Positions 30,036 through 38,059 of a DNA stretch of 64,000 nucleotides are shown here, piece by piece (position 1 is the stretch's first letter; every line of letters starts with the position of its first letter). The stretch covers positions 5,298 through 69,297 of the forward strand of contig CACOMW010000002.1 in assembly GCA_902628365.1 (NCBI GenBank), given 5' to 3'. This DNA is from an uncultured Marinoscillum sp. (GTDB lineage Bacteria > Bacteroidota > Bacteroidia > Cytophagales > MED-G16). A program made the translations under genes and the position numbers. Below the pieces are notes generated by a model, which made no database searches, had not been told where the DNA came from, and saw only the letters and a program-made list of their open reading frames with translations.

Positions 30036-32681
30036 TTATTCAATAATTACTTTTACTTTATGTATTTCTTTATCAGAAGCTAAGTTTAGTATATATATAC
30101 CTTTATCAAGATTCGATACATTCACTTTAATTTGATTTTTCTTTGTAAATATTTTATTTGGTTGTACTATTTTACCACTAAAGTCTACAAATTCTATCTT
30201 TATAATTTTCTTATCTTCTTTTAATTGAATTGCAAGATTATTTTTTGTTGGGTTAGGGTATATTCTTTCAATGATCTTGGAAGATTCTATGCCAGTTGTT
30301 ATCGGATCATCATCATCTTGAATGGTAATGGTAACTTTTTGATTTCCATCCTCCACTCCATATATTATGGTATCGATTTCAATGATAATTGTTTCTTCTT
30401 GCTCAACATCTTGATCTTGTACAATCATAAAATCAAGAGTTGCGATGCTATCATTAGATTTAATAGTTAATGAGTCACTATTATAAAAGTAGTCTACTTG
30501 ATCTGCGTTAGCAGTACCAGAAACTTTTAATTTAACAGTTACATCTTTTGTATGAGATTTACTTAAGGTAGCGTAGAGAGTAGATTTTTCTTGATTTTCT
30601 GCTACTGAGGTTTTATCTACTGATAAAGTAACTTTAGGTCGATCATCTGTATTATCACATGCATCTCCAATACCATCATCATCTAAGTCTTCTTGATTAG
30701 GATTGTAAGTGTCTGGACAATTATCAACATCATTCATTATACCATCCTTATCATTATCTAAAATAAAATTCCAAGGATATAATTTAGGAGTCCATCCAAC
30801 TATACCAGCTTTCCATTGAGTTCCTCCGAATTCATATGCTCCAATATCTGGTTTTGAACCAATAACATCTTGAGATATTGAATCAATTGATATACCATTA
30901 TCGACTAATATTGATCCTTGCTTTGGCATAAATGTTATAGTGTCAACTAAACTGTAGATTATACTATTAATATTATCCTTATCAGTATAATTTGTTTTAA
31001 CTGAATCCCAGCCATTCCAATTATTAGATGATGTTCCTGGTATCTTATAATCTGGAATGCCATCTACATTTTCATCAATAAAATTATCTTTACTTCTATG
31101 ACCACTTAATTTATCAACTAAATTATTTTGAGTGTATGTGTTAAGATTTGAGTTTTCCTCATCAAGTATAATTAATCCATTATTGATGCTATTAATTACT
31201 GTATTATGACTTATATAATGGTAATCGCCTTTTACCATGATCCCATTTGTTTTAAATGATACGTTATTATACATTTTACCTCTTTGACCAGCAGCGTTTG
31301 GATCATTTCCTGGAGCATCAAATCTTAAAGCATATTTTGGAGTATTATAAATAAAATTATGATGAATTTTTGCATCAGCAACCGCGTTTTTAGTTCCTTG
31401 AAAAACTGATCCATCTGACTGTAGTGCACCAGTTCTTGTAACATCATTGTAAGAAAATTCACTTCTTTCGCCTGGAGAAACTGTTGCAGATGCCTGTACA
31501 TCTCGAATGCTATTTTTTGTTATTATATTTTTATCACCATTTATATGAATAGTTACCATTAAGCCTGGTATTTCTGAGGCCGTGTAATCAATATATTGAA
31601 ATAAATTATTTTCTAAGGTATTCCTATCACCATAAATCCTTAATGCATCGCCATCAGTATATTCAAAAAGACATCTGTTAATTTTACTATCATTTACTTT
31701 ATTGGAAGAACCACTCAGTCCAAGTGAGGAAGCTAATGGTGTCCCCAAATCTCCAAGCATTCTCTTTGATGTAGAAGGGTAAGAAAAGTGACAATCTTCA
31801 ATCAATAAATTATTACTTGAAGAAGCAATGAATGAAGAAGAAAAGAAATAAAAACCTTTAATTGATACATTCGACGAATTTTTGATGTTGATTGAATAAG
31901 ATGAGACTTTACCTCTAATTTCAAGGTCATTTGGATTTGTACCATCAGTCATTAACCATAATTCACCATTTGAAGGGTTATGATACCATTCATTTAATGT
32001 ATCTAAAAGGTCCAAATCACCTTCTATAAAAAAGTGATGATGTTTTGTTTTGTATGCACCATTTGGTACTGGATCATATGTGAAATTATTATTTCCTTTT
32101 ATATGATTAATTTTTCTATTCCAGGTTCTAAATGATCCTATGTTCAAAATTGCATGAGCACTATCAAGAGTATGGTTAATAGATGACATATCATGATAGC
32201 TGGGATCAACAGTTAATAAACCATTATTACTATTAGCTTCATCACCTTGAGCCCAACTGCTCCAATTATAAATTGATTTATTTGAAAATTGTGCATTTGG
32301 CCATCTAGCCATCACCATTTCTTTATGATTTACGAATAATTGCCAAATTGATGTCTGTATATCAGTTTTAAAAATATTATTTCCTGTATTAGTCCAATTA
32401 AATGAGCTAATATCTATTGTTCCATCAAAAATAACTTTTTCATTTTCATAAGGTCTTATTGTCAAATTACTTTTGCCATCAATAATAAATACCTCTCTGT
32501 ATCTGCCTTTTCTTAATATAATTTCACCAGAAGAGATTTCAGATAGAGCTTTAGTGACCGTTTTATAAGGAAACTCTATTGAACCATTATTACTATCATT
32601 TCCCGATATAGAAACATATTTTTTTTGAGAAAAAAGATTTATTGAAATAAATAAAAGGAAGAGTAAAATTTTTTTTTTCAT
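30036..32681 (-). CDS. T9SS-secreted right-handed beta-helix (pectate-lyase-fold) protein with thrombospondin type-3 repeats and Calx-beta-like domain
   Basis: Signal peptide from Met 32681 (the ORF opens at 32708). Long parallel beta-helix-like region. Ca-binding TSP3 repeats DNDKDGIMNDVDNCPDTYNPNQEDLDDDGIGDACDN. The last ~75 aa (30039..30263; IYPNPT...GIYILNL...KVKVIIE) form a Por/T9SS C-terminal sorting domain. Confidence 0.72.
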   Translation of the reverse strand: MKKKILLFLLFISINLFSQKKYVSISGNDSNNGSIEFPYKTVTKALSEISSGEIILRKGRYREVFIIDGKSNLTIRPYENEKVIFDGTIDISSFNWTNTGNNIFKTDIQTSIWQLFVNHKEMVMARWPNAQFSNKSIYNWSSWAQGDEANSNNGLLTVDPSYHDMSSINHTLDSAHAILNIGSFRTWNRKINHIKGNNNFTYDPVPNGAYKTKHHHFFIEGDLDLLDTLNEWYHNPSNGELWLMTDGTNPNDLEIRGKVSSYSINIKNSSNVSIKGFYFFSSSFIASSSNNLLIEDCHFSYPSTSKRMLGDLGTPLASSLGLSGSSNKVNDSKINRCLFEYTDGDALRIYGDRNTLENNLFQYIDYTASEIPGLMVTIHINGDKNIITKNSIRDVQASATVSPGERSEFSYNDVTRTGALQSDGSVFQGTKNAVADAKIHHNFIYNTPKYALRFDAPGNDPNAAGQRGKMYNNVSFKTNGIMVKGDYHYISHNTVINSINNGLIILDEENSNLNTYTQNNLVDKLSGHRSKDNFIDENVDGIPDYKIPGTSSNNWNGWDSVKTNYTDKDNINSIIYSLVDTITFMPKQGSILVDNGISIDSISQDVIGSKPDIGAYEFGGTQWKAGIVGWTPKLYPWNFILDNDKDGIMNDVDNCPDTYNPNQEDLDDDGIGDACDNTDDRPKVTLSVDKTSVAENQEKSTLYATLSKSHTKDVTVKLKVSGTANADQVDYFYNSDSLTIKSNDSIATLDFMIVQDQDVEQEETIIIEIDTIIYGVEDGNQKVTITIQDDDDPITTGIESSKIIERIYPNPTKNNLAIQLKEDKKIIKIEFVDFSGKIVQPNKIFTKKNQIKVNVSNLDKGIYILNLASDKEIHKVKVIIE

Positions 32682-32866
32682 AAACTGATTTTGAGTTTTG
32701 ATTTTCAAAGGTAAAAAAAAATTTTTTGTATAAAAAAACTCCTTTTTTTTGTAATTTTTTTGTAGCAGAAAAACTTAAAAAATAATGATGAAAATGGTAA
32801 TAAAATGGTTATCTTAGAGTAACAAATGTTTGTTTTTTTTAACATTAAAACCAAAACTTAAAATAT

Positions 32867-33589
32867 ATGAATATGTTCAATTTTATTTTAGGAGTAAGTT
32901 TACAACCAGGTGATTTCACTGGTTTTACTTTCTTCATTGGATCTGTTTCAATGTTAGCTGCTACTGTGTTTTTTTTAGTACAACATGGTCAAGTTGACAA
33001 GAAATTTAAAGATTCTATGCTTGTTGCTGCATTGATTACTGGTATTGCAGCTGTACATTATTACTATATGAGAGATCAGTGGGCTGCTGGACTAGGTTCG
33101 CCAACTGAATTGAGATATATAGATTGGATTCTTACCGTTCCTCTAATGGTAGTAGAGTTTGCTTTACTTACTGGTGTAGGAATGAGAAAATTATTCTGGG
33201 CTTCAGTTGTTATGTTAGTAACAGGATATTTTGGTGAATCTGGAGTAACTGGCATGCTAGACGCTCAAATTTGGGGTGCTATAGCTGGTCTTGCTTATTT
33301 TTGGATGGCTTATGAAGTCGGTTGTTTAACCATTTTTGGTGGACCTAGTGGTGAAGTTGGTAATGCTCTTGCTAAAGCTGATGGTAAAATACCAGCTGCT
33401 GGAAGAATGTTACAGTGGTTTGTATTAGTTGGATGGTCTATTTATCCTTTAGGATATATGTTAGGAACTGACGGATGGTATAGCGGAATGCTTGCTGGCC
33501 TTCCATTAAATATGGATATTGTATATAATATTGGTGATGCAATCAATAAGATTGGATTCGGTATGGCTGTTTGGTCTGCTGCAAAATAA
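32867..33589 (+). CDS. Proteorhodopsin, light-driven proton pump (DTE motif, Met at tuning site = green type)
   Basis: Seven TM helices. AAVHYYYM (conserved His). RYIDWILTVPLMVVEF carries the acceptor Asp, Thr, Met at the position-105 equivalent and the donor Glu. IYPLGYM. Schiff-base Lys in NIGDAINKIGFG. Confidence 0.95.
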   Translation: MNMFNFILGVSLQPGDFTGFTFFIGSVSMLAATVFFLVQHGQVDKKFKDSMLVAALITGIAAVHYYYMRDQWAAGLGSPTELRYIDWILTVPLMVVEFALLTGVGMRKLFWASVVMLVTGYFGESGVTGMLDAQIWGAIAGLAYFWMAYEVGCLTIFGGPSGEVGNALAKADGKIPAAGRMLQWFVLVGWSIYPLGYMLGTDGWYSGMLAGLPLNMDIVYNIGDAINKIGFGMAVWSAAK

Positions 33590-33610
33590 TATTATATTCC
33601 TATTAATTAA

Positions 33611-33640
33611 AAAGGTGAGGTTTTCCTCACCTTTTTTTTT
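33611..33640 (+). terminator. Rho-independent terminator after proteorhodopsin
   Basis: Perfect 10-bp stem AAAGGTGAGG / CCTCACCTTT with a TTTT loop, running into a T-tract to 33640. It starts 22 nt after the PR stop codon. Confidence 0.75.
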
Positions 33641-33652
33641 GTGTTTGATAAT

Positions 33653-34528
33653 ATGATTCCCTCTAAAGACTATTTAATTCCTTCAAAGATATTTGGTTTA
33701 ATTGTTTCATTATCAATTATTTTTTTTGATGTTGAAAGTTCTTATTCAATCTTATTTTTTTTATTTATTATGTTAACAATAGGAATACCACACGGATCTA
33801 TAGATCATTTAATTGCTTTTATAAATCCTAAGACAAGGAGATTTCAAAATAAATTTTATTTTTTTATATCGTACATATCATTAATTTTTTTTAATATTTT
33901 ACTATGGATCATTTCCCCATATCTTGGGCTTTTTATTTTTTTAATAATTTCATGCTATCATTTTGGTGAAACTCAAGTATTAGGGTACACTACTACTGAT
34001 AATAAATTTTTAAGTTTTATCCTGGGCGCAAATATTCTATTATCTCTTTTTTTAAATAATATATTTGAGCTACAGGAGATATTATCTTCTCTCTCGTTTT
34101 TTAGCAGTATCGATTTAAGTGCTTTTGATAAGATATTTTTTTTATTGTTATCTATATCTATATTAATGATTTCAATTATTTATTCTGATGTTAAAAGAAA
34201 AATTCTTTTGTATGCGGAAATGAGTATTATGTACTTAATATTTTTTCATACTGATCTTCTAATATCATTTTCTTTATTTTTTGGATTTTCTCATTCTCTA
34301 CCTATGCTATTGATGGAATTTAAAGAAATGAAGGAAAAGAATTTTATAAAGTTTTATTTTAAGACTTTACCTTTTACTTTTTTATCAATTCTATTTGGAA
34401 TAATAATTTATTACTTTAATTCTGATCTACTTACAACAGATAATCTAATTTTATTCATATTTATAATTATATCAAGCTTAACTTTACCTCATGTTTTTAT
34501 TATGAAAGATTTTATACAAAACAAATAA
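33653..34528 (+). CDS. blh: Brp/Blh family beta-carotene 15,15'-dioxygenase (retinal synthesis)
   Basis: Polytopic membrane protein next to PR with four spaced conserved His segments (IPHGSIDH, CYHFGETQ, FSHSLPM, LPHVF), as in the Brp/Blh family. The start is either ATG 33653 or GTG 33641, directly abutting the terminator T-tract. Confidence 0.85.
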   Translation: MIPSKDYLIPSKIFGLIVSLSIIFFDVESSYSILFFLFIMLTIGIPHGSIDHLIAFINPKTRRFQNKFYFFISYISLIFFNILLWIISPYLGLFIFLIISCYHFGETQVLGYTTTDNKFLSFILGANILLSLFLNNIFELQEILSSLSFFSSIDLSAFDKIFFLLLSISILMISIIYSDVKRKILLYAEMSIMYLIFFHTDLLISFSLFFGFSHSLPMLLMEFKEMKEKNFIKFYFKTLPFTFLSILFGIIIYYFNSDLLTTDNLILFIFIIISSLTLPHVFIMKDFIQNK

Positions 34529-34573
34529 CTCATTAACAACGTAATTATGTTTTTTAATTTTTATTAAGACATT

Positions 34574-35443
34574 TTGAATAAAGTAGATAAGATATTTAAT
34601 TTTATATTTTCTGATATAGTTCAGAGAAAGTTTGAAAAATTTATTTTATTTCTAGCAACAGCTGGATTTATAATTCATTTATTATTGATTTATTTAAATA
34701 GGTATGAGATTATCAGTTTTACTTTTAATGACAGTCTCTTATTAAATCCAATTTCAGCATTATATACTCCATTCTCATTTATTCTTGTATATGAAGCCTT
34801 TTTATTAATTTATTTTATACCAAACTCATTTACTGTTTCAGTAGTTAAAGGGTATGAAATTATTTCTCTGATCTTGATAAGAAAAATTTTTAAAGACGTG
34901 CCTTTAGTAAATTTAGATACAAATTTTTTGTTAGATCCTTATTCCACACAATTGATATATGACTTACTCGGTATAATTATTATTTTCTTTTTGATCTATT
35001 TATTTAAGAAAAACGCAGGGATTAAGAAAAAGAAAACAATCGGTAAAAGACTAGAAAAGTTTATAATAAAGAAAAAAGCAATTTCAGTTCTTTTAGTTCC
35101 AACTTTGATTTTTTTAGTTTGCTATAGTTTTTATTTTTGGTTTAACGGTGTAGTTCTCTCAAATTCATTTACTCAAGATTTAAATTATCTATTTTTTATC
35201 GATTTTTTTACAATTTTAATTCTTGTTGATGTTTTTATCTTATTAATCTCATTTAGATATACAGAGAGATATTCTCAACTTATAAGAAATACTGGTTTTA
35301 TTATATCAACCATTTTGTTAAGGTTATCATTTGGAGTTTCAGGATTAAAAAGTATTATTTTATTAATTTCAGGAATACTATTTGGCTTGTTAATTCTTTT
35401 GATATATAAGAAAATGGAAAAAGTTAAATATTTAGATAATTAG
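34574..35443 (+). CDS. Unknown polytopic membrane protein, ~8 TM, two homologous 4-TM halves
   Basis: Long ORF with strong TM periodicity. It is closed upstream by TAA 34565..34567 and has no Met before residue 281, so TTG 34574 is the only plausible start. The internal repeat is seen by eye. No family recognised. Confidence 0.6.
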   Translation: MNKVDKIFNFIFSDIVQRKFEKFILFLATAGFIIHLLLIYLNRYEIISFTFNDSLLLNPISALYTPFSFILVYEAFLLIYFIPNSFTVSVVKGYEIISLILIRKIFKDVPLVNLDTNFLLDPYSTQLIYDLLGIIIIFFLIYLFKKNAGIKKKKTIGKRLEKFIIKKKAISVLLVPTLIFLVCYSFYFWFNGVVLSNSFTQDLNYLFFIDFFTILILVDVFILLISFRYTERYSQLIRNTGFIISTILLRLSFGVSGLKSIILLISGILFGLLILLIYKKMEKVKYLDN

Positions 35444-35450
35444 ATATTCT

Positions 35451-36455
35451 TCAGTTAAATCTTGAAAAAATAATTAGAGTTAATCCTAATATAAAAAGAC
35501 AAAACATAACTGAAATTAAATTGTTTGTCCCTTTAGGGGCATGCTTGAATTCTTTCCAAATGAAAACTCCCCATGCCGCTGCTACCATTGTTGCTCCCTG
35601 ACCGAGACCATATGATATTGCGTATCCTGCTTTTTCACTAGAAATCATACTCAAACTCATTCCAATACACCATATAACTCCTCCTAATATTCCTATTAAA
35701 TGAAGTTTTAGATTCCCTTTTGTTATATAATCAGAATAACTTAATTTATTGCCTTCTATTGGATTGTACATGAAATAGGTATTCCATAAAAAATTGGAAA
35801 TAAAAATTCCAAGAGAGAAAATAAATACAGCACTATATGGAGTTAATAATCCAGGTTCAGGAGAATCAAAATTTGTGATTATAGATGAAGCAACAAATCG
35901 ATAAAAGAATCCCATCAAAATACCACCCAGAATTGAAATGATTATTCCTTTTGATGATGTTGCCTTATTATTTATAGATAATCTTTTATAGGCTATAGCA
36001 TCTATAATTATAGCAATAGTTACTATCGCTACTCCTGAAAATAATATTATAGGATTTCCAATTGGTGTAGCAATATAATTTACTATAACACCTAAAACAA
36101 GTGCAATCCCAATTCCAATAGGAAATGCAACTGCCATTCCTGCTATGCTTATTGCAGCTACTATTAATAAATTTGCAATATTGAATATTACTCCTCCAAA
36201 AAATGCATTTAAAAAAGAGCTTGAACTACCTTGATTAAGATCATCGAAAAAGCTTCTCCCATTTTCTCCAAAGCTGCCAAATGTTAACCCAAGTATCAAA
36301 GAAAATAAAATTACCCCAATAGAATAATCCCAATAATAAAGTGGAAAGCTCCATGATTTTGAAGTAAGTTTTTGAGTATTTGCCCATGAACCCCAACAAA
36401 TCATAGTTATGAAACATAATATTACAGCAATCTCATAACTTTTAATTATCAACAT
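35451..36455 (-). CDS. DMT-superfamily GRP-type sugar (ribose/glucose-like) permease
   Basis: 10-TM protein of 334 aa. The N-terminal CWGSWANTQK segment and overall layout resemble the sugar-transport (GRP/RhaT-like) branch of DMT transporters. Substrate not determinable. Confidence 0.6.
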   Translation of the reverse strand: MLIIKSYEIAVILCFITMICWGSWANTQKLTSKSWSFPLYYWDYSIGVILFSLILGLTFGSFGENGRSFFDDLNQGSSSSFLNAFFGGVIFNIANLLIVAAISIAGMAVAFPIGIGIALVLGVIVNYIATPIGNPIILFSGVAIVTIAIIIDAIAYKRLSINNKATSSKGIIISILGGILMGFFYRFVASSIITNFDSPEPGLLTPYSAVFIFSLGIFISNFLWNTYFMYNPIEGNKLSYSDYITKGNLKLHLIGILGGVIWCIGMSLSMISSEKAGYAISYGLGQGATMVAAAWGVFIWKEFKHAPKGTNNLISVMFCLFILGLTLIIFSRFN

Positions 36456-36458
36456 GAT

Positions 36459-38018
36459 TTAAATAGATTTTTTTTTATAAGTTATTAAGTTTGTTATATC
36501 TAATCTTACATCTTTATTAGGATTTTTTATTTTCATTTTTAAGGTGTGCTCTCCTGGATCTAAATCATATTTAAAAAATAACTCATGTGCTCTTTCAATG
36601 AAATATATTGGAGTTTGTATAGTCTTAGAAATTTTATTATCGATGGAATATTCTATTTCTAAATTATAATTATTGATTGTTTCTTCATCTGTAATTAAAG
36701 CATATTTATTATCAAAATTTTTATTTCTCACTCTCCCTTTTAAAACAATACCGATACCTTCAAATTCTAAACTTAACTCTTGCTTATCTTCAAATCCAAT
36801 GCTTTTATTGATTTTGATTTTTTCACCTAATTTATAATTAGGAAAACTTTGTTCCATAGGTGCTGTAATTGCATTTTGAATTTTAATTTTTATTTTTTCA
36901 TTATCGACTTTTCCACCATTTTTAATTATTAACTCTTTTGCATGTTTTAAACTTATCTCGTATACTTTATTTAAGGATGTATTTGTAAATTGAAAATCAA
37001 TATCTTCAATAGATTTTAATCCTTTTGTCCAAAATTTTGGTATTTTGCTATAACCTTTTAATGTTCCTAAGATCGCCATTGCTGTAGCAGGATTACAGTC
37101 TGAATCTTGGCCGGCTCTAGTTGAAATTTCTAAGGTATTTTTAAAATTTTCTTTTCCATAAAGAAGCCCGAGAACTACATAGGCAGCATTTATTTTTGCA
37201 TCTATGTTAAAGTCTTCATGAGCACCATCTGGACATCCAATATCTTCTCCCCATTTTTTTTCAATCAATTCCCAATTTTTTTTCCAATCTTTTGGGTACT
37301 CATTATGCCAATCGATTACATCTTTTATACATTGATAAAATGTGCTTTCTTTTGGTATCATATTTAGAGATTTATTAATTATAGTAGGAATATCATTCTC
37401 CACAAATGCATGACTGTACATTCCTGCTACAAAAACACCACCATAATACCCATCACCATAATTCATTATATGACCAACTTTATCACAAATTTCTAAAGCT
37501 GTATTAGGCATTCCTGGAGTCATTATTCCAGCAAAATCAGCTTCAATTTGAAAGTCAATATCATCTGCATGGGGATTATTTAACCAATGTCCAGATTCTG
37601 GAGGCATCATACCATTTAATATATTATAACGCCCTTGTTGATTAGCATGCCATAGCCAGTATTTTGCATTAGCATATGCTTTTGCATGTGATGAAGCTGG
37701 CGCATCAAGTCCTTCTTTTTCCATAACCTCAACAAAAGTTAGATCCATATAAATATCATCATATAATCCAGGAGTATTTTTCATCGTATTGTATAATGTG
37801 CTATCATCCCATAATATCTCAATACTGTCTGGTATAATTTTTTTTAAATATCTAAATTCGGTCGGCCCTCCAAATGTGACCCCAATGGTTTGAGAAGCCC
37901 ATGCTCCTTTAACTTTATCTTTTAACTCATCCTCTGATATTATATAATATTTATTTTGTTCATAATTATTACAGCTAATCAGAGTAAAAAAAAATAATGT
38001 AGGTAACAGGTATTTCAT
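36459..38018 (-). CDS. Exported ADP-ribosylglycohydrolase-family lipoprotein with extra C-terminal domain
   Basis: Lipobox LISC. N-terminal ARH signature VKGAWASQTIGVTFGGPTE and C-terminal metal-binding signature AGQDSDCNPATAMAILG (equivalent to GGDTDT). About 130 additional C-terminal residues are beta-rich. Confidence 0.68.
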   Translation of the reverse strand: MKYLLPTLFFFTLISCNNYEQNKYYIISEDELKDKVKGAWASQTIGVTFGGPTEFRYLKKIIPDSIEILWDDSTLYNTMKNTPGLYDDIYMDLTFVEVMEKEGLDAPASSHAKAYANAKYWLWHANQQGRYNILNGMMPPESGHWLNNPHADDIDFQIEADFAGIMTPGMPNTALEICDKVGHIMNYGDGYYGGVFVAGMYSHAFVENDIPTIINKSLNMIPKESTFYQCIKDVIDWHNEYPKDWKKNWELIEKKWGEDIGCPDGAHEDFNIDAKINAAYVVLGLLYGKENFKNTLEISTRAGQDSDCNPATAMAILGTLKGYSKIPKFWTKGLKSIEDIDFQFTNTSLNKVYEISLKHAKELIIKNGGKVDNEKIKIKIQNAITAPMEQSFPNYKLGEKIKINKSIGFEDKQELSLEFEGIGIVLKGRVRNKNFDNKYALITDEETINNYNLEIEYSIDNKISKTIQTPIYFIERAHELFFKYDLDPGEHTLKMKIKNPNKDVRLDITNLITYKKKSI

Positions 38019-38059
38019 ACTTTTGGGAATTAGTGTTTAATAAATAAAAATAATAAATC

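Noticed and set aside
32709-32866. Bacteroidetes-type promoter (TTTG / TAnnTTTG) or regulatory hairpin upstream of proteorhodopsin
   Set aside because: Only near-matches are present (aatgtttg) and a weak 5-bp inverted repeat atgtt...aacat. That is not enough to call a promoter or operator without transcription-start-site data.
32867-33589. Whether the rhodopsin could be a Na+ (NDQ) or Cl- (NTQ) pump or a sensory rhodopsin
   Set aside because: The helix-C motif is D-T-E (RYIDWILTVPLMVVEF), characteristic of proton-pumping PR. No transducer with HAMP/MCP features is adjacent.
27865-35443. Possibility that tRNA-Ala marks the boundary of a horizontally acquired island carrying the phosphatase, T9SS cargo and PR-blh
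   Set aside because: I saw no integrase, transposase or excisionase, and no direct repeat of the tRNA 3' end by eye. Gene packing is the same as in the rest of the window. It would need comparative synteny and a computational repeat search to revisit.
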